Assembly: GCA_013115125.1 (NCBI GenBank)
Contig: JABANN010000053.1
Coordinates: 1 to 64,000 of the forward strand
Direction: 5' to 3'
From: Perkinsus olseni
Lineage: Eukaryota
Length of the DNA: 64,000 nucleotides
Position 1 is the stretch's first letter; the number at the start of each line of letters is the position of its first letter. Of this stretch, positions 1 through 13,100 are shown piece after piece. Under the pieces are notes generated by a model that saw only the letters and a program-made list of their open reading frames with translations, made no database searches and had not been told where the DNA came from. The position numbers were made by a program, and so were the translations under genes.

Positions 1-8
1 CAAGACAC

Positions 9-80
9 GGCTGTGTGGTCTAGTGGTATGATTCTCGCTTAGGGTGCGAGAGGTACCGAGATCAATTCTCGGCACAGCCC
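9..80 (+). tRNA. tRNA-Pro (anticodon AGG)
   Basis: Cloverleaf with acceptor stem GGCTGTG/CACAGCC, D-arm TGGTCTAGTGGTATGA, anticodon arm CTCGC-TTAGGGT-GCGAG and T-stem CCGAG/CTCGG. The T-loop reads ATCAATT (A54 in place of T54). Confidence 0.9.
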
Positions 81-1379
81 TCATACAAACACATTACAAT
101 GTCAGGGGAGTTTCCAGCTCAGTCACTGCTGCACAGAGCGACCCATACTGCTACTTATCAGTGTCAGAGTCAGCAGCTAGGCAGTAGCCTATACTTGCTG
201 CCAACTAAGAGTTGGTGGTCACCACTGTTCACCAGGACATTAGGTGACCACCGACTCCATAAATGATTCTGGAACACATTCCAGAACATGCTATGGATGC
301 GGATCACTGAACAAAATTTCGTAAAAACTGGTTCTCGAATGTATTCTGAATTCCGAAATTGGCTTACCAAATACCCCGAAAGCGAACAAGACAGTCCAAC
401 TCTTCTTCCTCGGAAACTGCTTGCTCCCACGTCGTCCTACTGAGCTTACGAATATCAAAAGGGGGCAGTACGCGCACGCAAATTGACTTCGCGCTTCCTA
501 TTACCAAGAAACTACTATGGTGTAGTGAACTCGCCCATCGATTTGACTCCAAGTCCCCATTCTAAACTATACATACCAACAGATCTTCAGCTCAAAATAC
601 TTACTCACGCAGAGAAAAAACAATGACCTCAACTTGCCGATCAATCGCGAACGAACTATGATTCCTTCCTGCGTTTTCAACACCAAATAAACACTCACTT
701 GCGTCCCTTCAGTATCTGCACTTCCCACCAATCCCAAACCACATCATCCACGATCACGGCAACTTCGAGCGAGACCATGCCCCAGGAATGGTTCCCGTAT
801 CTGTAATACGGAGATAAACGCAAGCGTCGATCCTCAGTATACAGCAAAATTACCCTTGATCTAGTACACTACCCAAGCGGCTCTCGACGTCAGGTGTGCC
901 CAATTCTAGATAGCCTCACTCATAGCGCGGGGTCCGAGAGGTTGACTCACCTCGTGGACCACTTGAATCTTTTCGAATAGACACATCAAGGAAGAAGTTC
1001 CTGTCAAAAAAATGGAGCCAAGGAGTGGCTGGAAACAACCGCAAGGTAAAAACATGCCCAATATAACTGCCCGGCCGCTCAATCTATCTCCCATTTCATC
1101 AACCAAACACACCAAGGGCACCAAGAGACAGAATAACATCACCATGAACAAACTGTCCTCAATGGACGATGGCAGCACTTTTCAAAGCCGCCACCGCTGC
1201 ATTGTGCTCGTCCACCTGAAATGGCGAATCACTACTGCGATGATCTGAGGAGAGCAGGGAGAAGATCACTTCACTTTGCCTCGCGGAGACGTAGAACGCC
1301 AAACGCGCCGACAGCTCAGGATGAATTCTAGTCCCTGAAAAGAATGCCAATATTGGCCATAAGAGTAACAATGAATTCA

Positions 1380-4300
1380 GAGACGAGCAATCAATGTGCT
1401 CTTTCGCGTAGAATCAGGATCTCATTACACCTCCGAGAACAGTGGACTTACTCTGACCAGAGTTCAAATCAATATAGAAAGTGCCATCGAAGAGCCACCC
1501 ATTGGGAAGCTCTCTCCTCTCTATGTCTTTCAAGAGTGCTTCACGAACGTCAGCCGGAACAACCTGCAGATTAGCACTGGTCGGGAACATCGAGTGGTAG
1601 CCTTGTCGAGCGACGATGGGCGGACCGGGCTATAGCTGAGTCTACTTTACCGATTCCGTGAGAGGAGCCTTATGTGGAGGTATTTCCGGGAGGCACTCTT
1701 GCAGTACCAGAGCCGTGAACTCCTGAAGTCGGAATGAAAGCTCCACCGGCGACTCATCAGGCCCAGCGATGACCTTTCCTAGGCCCGAGGATATCGAACT
1801 CGATCGGCGGGTGACGAGGAACCTTCCCTTGATTGACGGCGGAGAAGTACCACTCACTGGATGATCGTCGCTGACCGGATAGCTCCAGTGCGCCCCTTAA
1901 AGAAGCCGTCCCTCATACGTAGGCTACGTAACGTAGCAGTCACCGTTCGTACATGTTTTAGCCCTAACACGTTGAAGAAGGGCATCAGCCGGTTCATCGT
2001 CATCAGCTAGGACACCCCAGACCTCGGCCGAGAGGAGTATCGCCCCGACAGAAAGTGGCCATCTGAGTTGCTCTCTGAGGTGGCCCGAGAGCGGCCATCA
2101 GCTACCCACCGGTATTCGGGGTCAAGATACCGGCCTTCATGACCAGCGCCAAGATGACGGCAAAGCCGTGAGAGCCTAGCCCGAGAGAGGGCAGCGCCGG
2201 CGCCAGTTGCCGGAAGCTGTGACACGGAAAGGAATATCACGCAGAGGCTGACCGTTCCGCGACCAACCTCTAATTTGATCAGCACAACCGACTGCGGCTT
2301 TGTTGCCAACAGACTGGCCCGTTCTCTCGCAGGATACAGACGCGACATCGATCGTGATTCCTTGAGCTCATTGATGATGTCAACTGGCCTCTCCGTTCCA
2401 CACGCGATGAGCGGTACCTCAACCGAGCACCTCGCTGTGGCTAGGATTGGACAGCAATCTCCCATGGCAGCACTACTCCGCTACATATCCGTTTCAGGTC
2501 GGTCTGAATCGCACGCTCTGCCTCGCTCGCACTGCCGGGACCAGGCATAGCAATTGCCTTACAAAGGCGAACCAGACGGCCGACGAGCGGATTTCGAAGC
2601 TCCCTGTCTCGGCGGACAGGAAAGTATCTTAGGTTGACCACCGCTCACAACAATAACACGACTAGCAGCCTCACGTTTCTGGATCTAGTAATGCCACGAT
2701 CAGGCCCACAAAATCAATCTTGCTCGTCAAAGTTATTAAATACGCCAATGACTGAGAGACAGATTGCATGACCTCCCCACGAGGAGAGCATCCTCACATC
2801 CTCGATGCATGTTGTCCAAATCACAAGTCGGCCCGCCATACCATCTTTTTCGAAACCTACGTTACAAACGGAGACCTTTCCATCCTCCAGCGTCGATACA
2901 GTCGGATGAGTCTAGCATCAGGCAACGGCGAAGGCAGCCCTCGTCCGACTATAACGTGCTTACACTCATTGGCGGTCGGACCGTATCGTAATTGTTGACA
3001 CTCAGCACCGAGATGAGCAGCTAGGTTCTTGGCTAGACGGTGTGTAGACGCTTCCGATCCCGGCAGACCAGCCACGAATAGCACCCCCTCAAGAGACATG
3101 ACCTCGGCGCATGGCAAAGTGAATCGCCTGGCGAAATTGCTCTTATCCCGCTCAGTGAATCACCACCGGGCCGATAACATCGGTGGAAATGCATCCACGT
3201 CACCTCAGTAGCTGCTCGTTAACTGAGAGCTGTGGGGTCTTCTCATCTCTCAGAAACCTCGTCACCTATGACTAACGTCGATTTTATGGCACCTGCATCT
3301 CCAACTACCTCAGGCGGCAGATTGTTGATGTTCTTAACCCCAATGATGATACCACGATCGCGCCAATGCTGCAAGACGCGCGAGGGTGAAGGCTGATAGT
3401 CATCATCACCAGTAGACTGTAAGGATGGACGAGTCAGCTCGAAGACGAGGATGTGCCGGCTATTCGGAGTCATGGTTACCCACGGCCTGACCAAGTATGA
3501 TCTCTGGCACTCTCCGCTAGGTCGGCGAGCGTAGGCATGAACGGCTGATGTTAAGTCGGCAACGTTCTGACTATTAAGACAGCCTAGCACCAATGGTTGG
3601 AATGGAAAGTTCTGAAACCGTGGGGAAAGTATCGCTCAGTGTACCAGGGAATTCCCGTCCTGGTCAACGCCGATAATCCGCTAGTTCGCCGGACACACCA
3701 TTGATCATTTGCAAATGGGGCCACGAAAGATACGACACACCCAGGGAGTCCACAACGGCCCTCCTTGGCAATAGAAGAGACAGGTGTCGAATCGCAGTTC
3801 TCTAGGCATACAGCATACGCCGAGCAGAGGACGATTACATCCCAATGTCCCTACCCGCCAGTCTTAGTCCCCTCAATCAGACACAATGACGATTCCTCGT
3901 TAATCTCGACCAAAAGCGCTCCCGAGCCTCCAGAGGTGAATGCTAGACCACGACTGTAACTGTAATTCATGGAGATCTCCTTCAAGGTCTCAGCTATCCA
4001 GCCATTGTAACCCGAGGCTAACGGCGTATTTGCCGAGATGGTATCACCAGGCTCGTCGAACTAGCAAGCCCCTAACAGGCTACTCCTATCGCTGCTTGGG
4101 ATCTCATTGGTCAGTGAACGTAGCAAACCTGATAATGAATTTCCGCTTCCCATGTCTTACATGCTCATCTTCGCCTGGGAGACGCCAACACGAGCGAGGA
4201 TTGATCTTTCGGTAGCATGCAGTCTCCTGCCGGAATGAGCAGTTGTAAACTAGGCTCATACCGACCTACCATAGCCCAATCCTGGACCGACACGTAGCGT

Positions 4301-5600
4301 CCGGAGGAGCAAATTGCAGCTCCCCCAGGTTGTGCGTCGGTCCAGCCTCGCCCATAGAGACCTCCTCATCCCCAGTGGCCTCACTCGACATCTTGAGCAA
4401 GAGCCGTCCCATTTGAACCCCTTTGTGTTTCAACAAGAATCTAGCCGGCTAGTGATCCATCACCTTTGAGGGCTCGCAGCTCACCTTGAGGCATCAGCCT
4501 TCACGGCGCGGTGTGCTTCAACTTGCGACCTTGAACAACCCCAAGCTAGAGGTGTCAGCTGCGGAATTCGATCTCTGGTCACTGCGACGGCCTCCCCACT
4601 GGCTCCGAACTGAACGGGTTTCTGCCCCGTCGGATGAGCCGTCACCTATCGTTACTACCATGTAAGTATCCCCGTACATGACGGTGACGTCCTTACTCGC
4701 GACCAACGCCTATCATGCTGACCCGTGGATTTTTCGTTTAACGCAGGCCTTTCCCACCGAAATGAAGGCACAAGCAGTCCCAGCACGCCCCGGCCTCGTC
4801 TTCGAAGTTGACCCCAAGGCGTCGATGCAAACAACCTTCACTTCGCTGTCCGTGCAGGGGGCATCTAGTCCGCTACTGACCGCCACGGCAGCATCGCTGA
4901 CCCAACAGAAAATCCCAGCCGTCTAAGTTGATACCACTCACCGGACCAGCCGGATAGCTTCCATTGTCATGGACTCAATCTCTTCTACGTCGTCGACAGC
5001 TGTAGTGCGAGAGGGCAGTAGGTAAGTTCGCGCACAGGTAACACGGGTCTCCGGGTGAACACCTCTCCAAACCTATATTACGCATCTCTGCGGGACTCGA
5101 GCGATGACCATTGGCGCTCGTCCCACCATGTAGCAGTCTCTCCGTGCCCTGAGTCTTCCAACTACACCACAGTCTTCAGACCGACGTCCACTCAAAGACA
5201 TCGCCTCAGCCCCAAACCAGCAGCCTGCCGTCAACTTCATTTCCTCCGGAGCGATGCCGTCATCTCCCAATTCGCCGTAGCTGCACATTTGTCATCCAAG
5301 CCAGCGCAACATCGGCGACCACCCTCCCCGACTCACTCGTTGAGTTCGATTATCGGCTTCCCTATTTCTTTACCGGAGATCTTCTCGCACTCGGCCATCC
5401 TGGTCACAGCAGTGATGCTGTCGTCCCATGCGGCCTGAAAAGGTAGTTCGCGGATATTGCGAATCGATATTGTAATGACTTCACCTCCAGCTCTCGCATA
5501 CAATGCCCCTGGGTTGCATGAGTGACAGCGGCGGGTGTCCACTTGGACAAGACTTCACGATTCAGCCGTTCACTGATGTCAGTGACATCATTGGAGAGGG
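1380..5600 (-). mobile_element. Decayed LTR-retrotransposon gag-pol relic, domain order RT-RNaseH-integrase, with many stops and frameshifts
   Basis: Minus-strand fragments lie in pol order: 'VLQHWRDRGII' (~3350, RT start-like), 'LFVAGLPGSEAS' (~3060), 'RARLILWA*SWH..KRE' (~2700, RNaseH-like), 'RLCRHLGAGHEG..EYRW' (~2150, integrase zinc-binding-like) and 'FFNVLGLKHVRTV' (~1960, integrase core-like). No LTR pair was found and boundaries are approximate. Confidence 0.55.
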
Positions 5601-5703
5601 TCAAGAACCCGGAAGTTGCGAAACCCTCGTATCCATAAGCTTTGACCTAATGCGAACAAATACTCAGGCGAATGCGGGTGCATATAATCCCTCTTTCCAC
5701 ATC

Positions 5704-5777
5704 GCTGGAATGGTCTAGTTGGTTATGACGATCGCCTCACACGCGATAGGTCCCGAGTTCGATTCTCGGTTCCAGTA
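5704..5777 (+). tRNA. tRNA-Val (anticodon CAC)
   Basis: Acceptor stem GCTGGAA/TTCCAGT, anticodon arm ATCGC-CTCACAC-GCGAT and T-arm CCGAG-TTCGATT-CTCGG. A TTTT Pol III terminator follows immediately (5778-5781). Confidence 0.95.
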
Positions 5778-5782
5778 TTTTC

Positions 5783-6703
5783 CTACTCACCAGCGGCCAC
5801 TTCTCGACGCTCATATTCAACCTCGTGATATTCACTTTCTCGCCCAGTACTAACAGCCGACACCTCCTGCAGCTTCAACGCTACGAGATGAAATCGACGA
5901 CTCACAACTCGGGCAAACGGCAATGCGAGTCGTCCCCGACAGCGCCCGAATGAAAGCGGCAGTCTTCTGCGAGTCGTACGTGTCGATATCCTTATCCATA
6001 TCAGCCGAGAAGACCTACTCGTACGGCACTCCCATAACTTCACTCCTCCGAAACCCACCAGTGTCGATGGCCACAGTCGGGTCATAGCGCTCACTTTCGA
6101 CACCACTGCATCCTGGCAAAAAATAGTACCTGAGCGGCTTGTCGCGGGATTTGGGCGAAATTAACGGCGACGACTATAGAAAACCCATGGTATCGCGACT
6201 ATGTAATCTCCTCACTACTCCAAGATCCCTCCTTCCCGGAGACGATCATGAAGAGCTCGCTGAGCTCATCCGCCATATCTGAGAACTCCGACTCGATCAG
6301 CTCTCGCCCCGCTGACAAAACCAACATCGTGATCCGCATAAGTTTCTCTTCCCTTGCACTTACATGTGCCGTACAGCAGGTGCAGTGCACACTGCACGCT
6401 GCCGCTGTTGAGCGACCCATCAGGGCCACAGACCAAAACCTAGTTTCGGTAGGCCCAGACACTCCGAGCGGCGACAGTCGAACTGCTCGCAGACGACGCG
6501 GAAGTTAGATGACGTTGTACGTCCTTCGGTTTTTCCGCTAAAAGATCGCCCCGTTTACTTACCAAGCAGTCACATCCAGAGTCGGCAACGGTCTTCCTCA
6601 CAGCCAAGTAACGATCCAGACTCTCAAGGGCCGCAGACTCGTCCACAAACATCGATTGAAAAGAAGTTATCGAAATTCCTATCCCGAACACAGTAGCGTG
6701 CAT
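5783..6703 (-). CDS. Possible multi-exon hypothetical protein
   Basis: Protein-like minus-strand segments ('FVDESAALESLDRYLAVRK', 'RELIESEFSDMADELSELF') and a GTAAGT donor near 6560. No recognisable family. Confidence 0.25.
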
Positions 6704-6930
6704 TACTAATTAACAACACAAGATACCATTAGTTTCATGATCATGCACTACTCAACCCGAGCATGCTCACACTGATGGTGTCACATTCTCGAAGGTAGTG
6801 AACTGACGGCTAGCAGCAGAGCTAAGCCAATTATACAGCCTCAGGAGAAATCTACAACGTCATGGCCCAAATGAGCTGTTGGGGACTCAGTTTGACGAAT
6901 GTAATAATACGAGGTTGTCGTCACAAGGAA

Positions 6931-8762
6931 CTACAGCCTCCGCAGAGAACTGATATCTTTTTTCGCTCGAACCGGCGTACCAAGGAATGGACTACGAGGA
7001 GTCGTACAGTGGCGAGTACTGCGCACGCGTGCAGACCCCAGGAGAGGCGACGAGTCTGGGAAAACACACAAATGCCTTCGCTCACAGCTAGCCTGAGAAG
7101 AACCTACCATGCTCGAACAGCCCTCCCTTTGGAGTGTTGGCGAGCTTTCCCGTGCTGCGAGGCTCGGCGGATGGAGAACACCGCCCACATCCCCTCTGCG
7201 GAGTTGTCATCCCGTCAACAACAATATCTCGACCATCTTCGCTGTCATCGCTGCTACTACTGCCATAGTCGTCATCAACTACGATCTCCAACGGAACTCT
7301 TCCACGTGGAGCTTCGACCGGTTCAGAGTCACCGTCCACACTCATGGCGCAGGGAGTCGAAGGACTATCCGAGTTCGAGCACGAAAGCACCTCGGTCGCT
7401 TCCATGGGGTCGAGAGACAATCCCACATGCGGGAGGGGAGCCATCGGAACCAAATCATCTGCAACGTCCTGATAAACATCAAGACATACCACAAACCTTC
7501 CAAATCTATACTCACCTCGTAGCAAGCATTGCCAACTAACGGGTCCAGGTCAGCAAAGCCGCAGTAGTCACTAGTAGTGCTGGAAGAGGTCCGGCGGCGC
7601 TTGACCGGTGTGAGCGAACGAGGCAAAGCATGCAACACAGTACACAAGCGGGCACGACGATCGAAGCCATCTCTCTCGGCAGAAAATAGTCGGGCCTAAA
7701 AACAGGACGCAGTCACGATTGTAACAGAAGAAGAACTGGATCCAATTACAGCGGTCATGTTGAGGGGCTTGTCTAAGAATGGCCGCTCCATCAAGTCGAC
7801 AAGACCGTTCAGGAATCGCTCAAGATCCCAGTCTTCCGAGCACCACATTCGGCGCAGAGCTATCTTACAAACCTGGCGGGACAACGCAGCGTCGTACCAA
7901 GTGACCGCCGAGCCGTGAGAGCTCACATCTCCAGTAACCTCACACACATTTGGGTGAAACACTCTGGTGCTGAAGACGACCCGGGGAGGTAACCTTGGGA
8001 ACTCCGCTTCAATAAAGAGTCTGAGAAGAGAAACTCCGTTAGGCGTAGACCATTGAGGTTACTTGACAGTGAAGAAACCACGAGCATATGGCGACAGCTC
8101 TGGTCCGCGAACGACAGCATGGATCTCGGTCGGGTCCAAGGCGTTGGGCAGAGTTACTCTGCGCTCCTTCAGCCAGTTGGGCATTGCTGGGCCTGAAACA
8201 TGAAACACAGCAAGCATTGCGAAGGATCACTGAACACAAATCGTAGACTCTACGGGCCTATTAGGCCCGGCCTAACTCTCACCCGACTGGCCTTCCGAAG
8301 CGCCTTGATGGAGCCCCGATGGACCGCACGAGTTGAGCAAGCTCGCGGGATGCTGCCGATGGAGTTGACGTAGAAGCTCTGCGATGACTTGTGGTTGAAC
8401 ATTCTCGTGGCTCATATGGGCACAGACACAAAACCTGATGGTAAATCGCAATCGTCCAGCATAACGCCAACCTGACGCACGAAAGCTAAGTCGGCTGAGC
8501 TGTCTGGTGCGTCTAACCGAACCCTCCATCGAGTACTGGACGGACGTACACGGTTAATCCACACGCTGAATAACTGTCCGGTTAAGTCTCGATCCACGAA
8601 AAGTGTGTCGTTGACACGTAATAACATTGTGAGACAACCGGTGAGCACCATTAGACATGAGAGCCATGCTCTGGGGTGTAGTTCAAGCACAAGTGAGCTT
8701 CCCAGTAGATAGTAACAGGCGGTGAAGTCTTCCTTTACGATGCACCCAAAGGCCGCGATCAT
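6931..8762 (-). CDS. Multi-exon hypothetical protein with an acidic low-complexity C-terminal part
   Basis: Chain of minus-strand ORF segments (8412-8762, 7696-7962, 7088-7525 'DDDYGSSSSDDSED') with short GT-AG introns. The last exon ends 'KKDISSLRRL*' at 6931. Head-to-head with RPL28. Confidence 0.45.
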
Positions 8763-9092
8763 GCGCAGGAAGTGCGTTCTCGCTCGCCCAGATGATCGAT
8801 TTGCCGGTAGCTCCCGCGAATTTGCCGAAAATCCGCCTTTTCGGCCTCGGAGCTGGGCAGGGACGTGTGAAGTTCGCAGTGGTAAGCGATAAAGACTGCC
8901 GGTAGAATCCCCGGCATTGGTGACTTTTCGAGTGTGGTGAATTTTTGTCGGTTGTTTCGTCGTCTGAGGCTACTTTCGCACTGAACTGGTACTTCATGCT
9001 TGCCGCGCTTTCTGTGCAGATGGAAGTGATGGTATTTGCATTACGTGGTGTCGTACTCAGTAGTAGTGTTAATCACCGCGACAAGCAGTATA

Positions 9093-9571
9093 ATGGTGGC
9101 CTCTCAACAGCTCATCTGGCAGTGCGTCCGCAACAACAACTGCTTCATCCAGAAGCGTGCCAACACCGCCGCTTTCACCACTGAGCCCGGCAACATGACC
9201 AACCTCAACCGTGCTGGGTAATAATGGAATGGGATTATACCAAAGAGAACTTTACATTCTGTTTTCAGCTACTCCGGTATCGCCAACGTCCGTGTTGGTG
9301 GCTTGGACATCCAGACTACTGGCAACAAGCAGACTATCGTCCTCACTACCGGCAAGAAGACCAAGAAGCCCACCCACCGCTATACTGCCACTGGTGTCTC
9401 CAAGAGTAATACCCGCATGCATGAGCTGTGCCATACTCCACCTGTGTTTTCATTTCAGACGCCAAGAAGGCCCAGAAGAGCATCAAGGCTCAGTTGGCTC
9501 TTACCCGCCCTGACCTTATCCCTCTTGCCAACAAGAAGTACAGCGCCATCAAGAAGAGCTTCAGGGCTTAA
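9093..9571 (+). CDS. RPL28: 60S ribosomal protein eL28 (3 exons: 9093-9217, 9269-9405, 9459-9571)
   Basis: Spliced product MVASQQLIWQCVRNNNCFIQKR...FTTEPGNMTNLNRAGYSGIAN...RPDLIPLANKKYSAIKKSFRA* carries the L28e motifs (LIWxxVRNNxxF, EPxNxxN, YSG, RPDL). Introns are 51 and 53 nt, GT-AG. Confidence 0.95.
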
Positions 9572-9783
9572 ATTGTGTTGCTCCGGGTTGTTGCCTACTA
9601 CTACCACCACGGTGATGAGTTACCATTACTACAATGCCTATGCAACGGCAGCTTCAGAGCCAGCTCGCTTGTATTTTAACAAGTGGAGTAGGAGCTGATG
9701 ATGGCTAGAGGTGATAGAAGATGTTGTGTTTTTAGTCATAGGGTAATTGGGAAATCGCAGTCGTTAGCTGCCGCATCAGGCGA

Positions 9784-9817
9784 TAGGTGATTAGGTCCTA
9801 ATCACCTAATCATTAGG
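9784..9817. repeat. Perfect 12-bp inverted repeat with an overlapping second palindrome
   Basis: TAGGTGATTAGG-T-CCTAATCACCTA (9784-9808) overlaps CCTAAT-C-ATTAGG (9805-9817). Confidence 0.85.
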
Positions 9818-10141
9818 AACGATAGGCGATCACTTAGCGCCATGCAGGGGCTCCTAGTAACTGTGGCTCAGTCGATGTCGCACACGTCGATACCTGTGCA
9901 CAGTGGGCGAGTGAAGAAGCCTGGCTGCTGGATACGGATGAGGCTGCCAGCTTTGTATGGGAACTGCTGAGTGGTGGTGCTCGATACAGAAATGTTGGGT
10001 TGTAAGTCTGAAGGTCAAATAGGTTGCACTGGAAGATGCATTTAACTCCGTTCTTGAGGGTTGTCAGTCGTTGCAGCCTGATCGAAGGTGCGCCCCTTAT
10101 ACGAGTCTCGCAGTTCAGACGAGCAAGAAGTGTTCTGTGTG

Positions 10142-13100
10142 ATGGCAAATTCTTTGGCTGAGCCTACACCAGAGGACGGCGATGGGCCCGTACCATCACA
10201 CATCCTCCGAATTGATCGAAGTTTTCGTTCGTCGTCCGAACCATTCGAGTCCGTCGAGAACCAGCTGAATGCTACCGTAGAGGTTCTCGCCTCCCCAGGT
10301 GACGTCTCTCTCGTAGGCCGGTGGTAAGCTGTTGTCGAGTCTAGGTGGTATCGCTCGCGGATGGCTAGCTCGGTCCACCACCGGGTTTTCCAGAGCTCGG
10401 ATGTTTGCTCGTGATGTGATACCAAACATGTTGAGAGGGAGGTGAGGACAGCGAATACTCAACGTTCGGCGGTCGATCGTGATGGTGGTGATGATCATGA
10501 AGTGTTGTTTGCAGGAGCTCATCAAGCTCGGCGATTAGCCCTTTCGAATTCGGCGAGGACGATTTCCCTTCGGTGTTCGTGAGTCAAGACAATCCTTACG
10601 ATTCAAGTTTTGGCACCTCGGCTGGAGCGGAGACTATAGAGCTGCTCTTCGGGCCATACATCTCCGACGCCCCTGCCGACTTCCACGTCCGCAACAACCG
10701 AGCCTTGGCCGAGCTCGTGGCGAGTGACCCCGATGTTACAGCGGCGGATGAGTAGTGTAGACAGCTGTATTTTCCAGGCCGGATTGCTCTTCCCCCCAGG
10801 TTGAGTTTGTGCGCTTTCATCTCTGCTCACCATAAAACCCAGTTCCACAATCGGGTGAGTCAAATACGTTTGATTGGGCCTGAAGAAAGCCTCACGTAAT
10901 AGGATATTCAATTAGCCCTGTTGGCTCTGAGCAACCCTTCTTCGAGTCAATCTACAGATAACGGATTAGCTCGCTGTATCGCGTGAATCTCGACGACTCC
11001 CTGCCCGGCAGGTCCCCTCTACCAAGTACCGTCTATGGACGTTCATCCCGCTGAACCTATGGGAGCAGTTCCACCGTATCGCGAACTTGTGGTTTCTGCT
11101 TGTTGGTGAGAGGGGACGTCGCGGAATAATCGGTAGAGCATCTCTTAGTATTCGTTGTGCTTGGTGGTCCAACCGGTTGATCTCGACATTGGTCAATTGC
11201 CATCCTTTGTGAATGCAGCGAGGACTCGCGTCACGCGAGTCGCGACCGACTATGTTTTTCGCATTGAGAGGACTCTGAAAGCAACAAGAGTTGTCGAGTT
11301 GATACTGTATTGCTGTCTAGCCTACCGCCATTATCCCTGTGATTCCGATGACATCATGGCTTCAGTCTCATTATTGTGGGTGTGGCTATATTGTGTTCAA
11401 TATATGTATACGTGAGAGGTCCTCTTAGTATATCGCTTCTGATTTCCCTTCTACAACCCTACAGTGAACTCAACCCGGTGAGCACCTGCGGCTCTTTTCA
11501 GGTATTTGCCAGATGCTTCCATTCGATTTGAGTCCGACGTCGGAGTGGGCGACTATTGCACCGTTGGTATTCGTTCTGAGCGTGACGATGGTCAAAGATG
11601 CAATAGAGGATTACAGACGCTACGCAAATGACAACAAGGTGTTCGGTCCTACAATAGTGCACGAATGATGTGAATTTCGGTTCAACAGGTCAATAAGCGT
11701 CTTTGCCGAGTGGTGGTCAAAGCGAAGACTGCTCTCGACGACTACCAAAATATTGGCGGTGACCAACTCCCTGTCGTTCAAGTTCTCGAGTGATGTATAT
11801 GACAGGTTTGGAGCTAATCCCTTGGGAGAACATTACGGCCGGTTCACTCATCTATCTGAGCAAGGGGGAAGAAGTGCCGGTGCGTTTCAGTGGTCGTTCT
11901 CTGTTGAGCAGGACTGAGACTCTCAAACTCAGAGTCACACTGTACACGGAGACACTTCGTCTGCGCCTCTCAGGTTGATATGTTGGTGGTGGCCTCTAGC
12001 GACGCCGATGGGCTGGTCTATGTTGAAACAAGTCAACTCGATGGAGAGTCGGCCCTAAAAGTGAAGCAGGCTCTTCCTGAGGCACGGTACCGCGGAGGAA
12101 ATTGTACTGTAGTTTGTAGACCTATCGACCTCCTCTCTTAAGGTCGTCTGTCGTGGTAGCATTGCAAGAGAGGGTTTCGCTAGAAGGCGCCAACAATGAT
12201 TATCACGGTTGTACTCAGGCGGATGTTCCGTACCCTTCCGTTGGTGTCCGAGTGCATCGGGTCTATGACATGCGATGCTCCCAATGGACACATCAATGAG
12301 TTCAACGGCCTCTTCCGACTCAACGGTGGACTCAGAGAGCCTGCTGACGCCAAGAATATGGTGAGCCGCAGCATCCATTCCGAGTATCAGCTTTTCGGAG
12401 ATCATTCCATTAAGTTGCTGATCGATACTTAGGTCCTTAGAGGGTCGTCGATTCGCAACACGAAGTGGTGCTGCGGGGTCGCTGTGTATGTTGGGCAAGA
12501 TACCAAGTTGGCCATGAACATGACATCACATGCACCAATCAAGAGGTCCAAAGTGGAGCTACAGATAAATAGGTGGGCTCTGGCACTCCGAATATAAGAA
12601 ACTGAGCTTCGCCTAGATAGTGTAAAGTTGCTCATTGCTCGTATTCTGTGTTTGCCCCGACTGATGAACAGTGGCTAGTTGAGGACCGAGCGGAGCAAGC
12701 GGAGCATATACTGAAACAATAGGCACTGACCGAGCGAAGCAAGCGGAGCATATACTGAAAGAATAGGCACTGACCGAGCGAAGCAAGCGGAGCATATACT
12801 GAAAGAATAGGCATTTGCGCCTTGTGCGTGCGTGCCCACAGTTTCTTGATATCTATGGGTTTCAACGGACGAAGGCCGTTTTGGGAGCAATCTGCACCCT
12901 GCCCCCTGTCCTCCAGAACCGGGTCGCACCCTGCCCTCAAATCAGCGCTTACTGCCCCGCAAGCGTAGCACCCAGTAGAACTGGAATTTTCCAACTAAAA
13001 ATGGCACCAAGCCTCGTAGAACGCATAACACAGCCTGTATCACCGATTCATCGTGTGGCCTGTATGATCCAGGATCAGACAGGTCTCACGACCTAACATC

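Noticed and set aside
6862..7539. 225-aa plus-strand ORF and many similar short ORFs in the track
   Set aside because: They are antisense or off-frame shadows of better-supported spliced genes and have no recognisable motifs.
10750..10760. In-frame TAG in GC copy A suggesting a pseudogene or stop-codon readthrough
   Set aside because: The TAG lies within a GT donor at 10752 (GA|GTAGTG). Splicing to the AG near 10799 restores the frame, as in copy B.
12684..12813. 44-bp repeats as a CRISPR array
   Set aside because: The units are directly adjacent with no unique spacers, no cas genes are present, and they lie in a eukaryotic intron.
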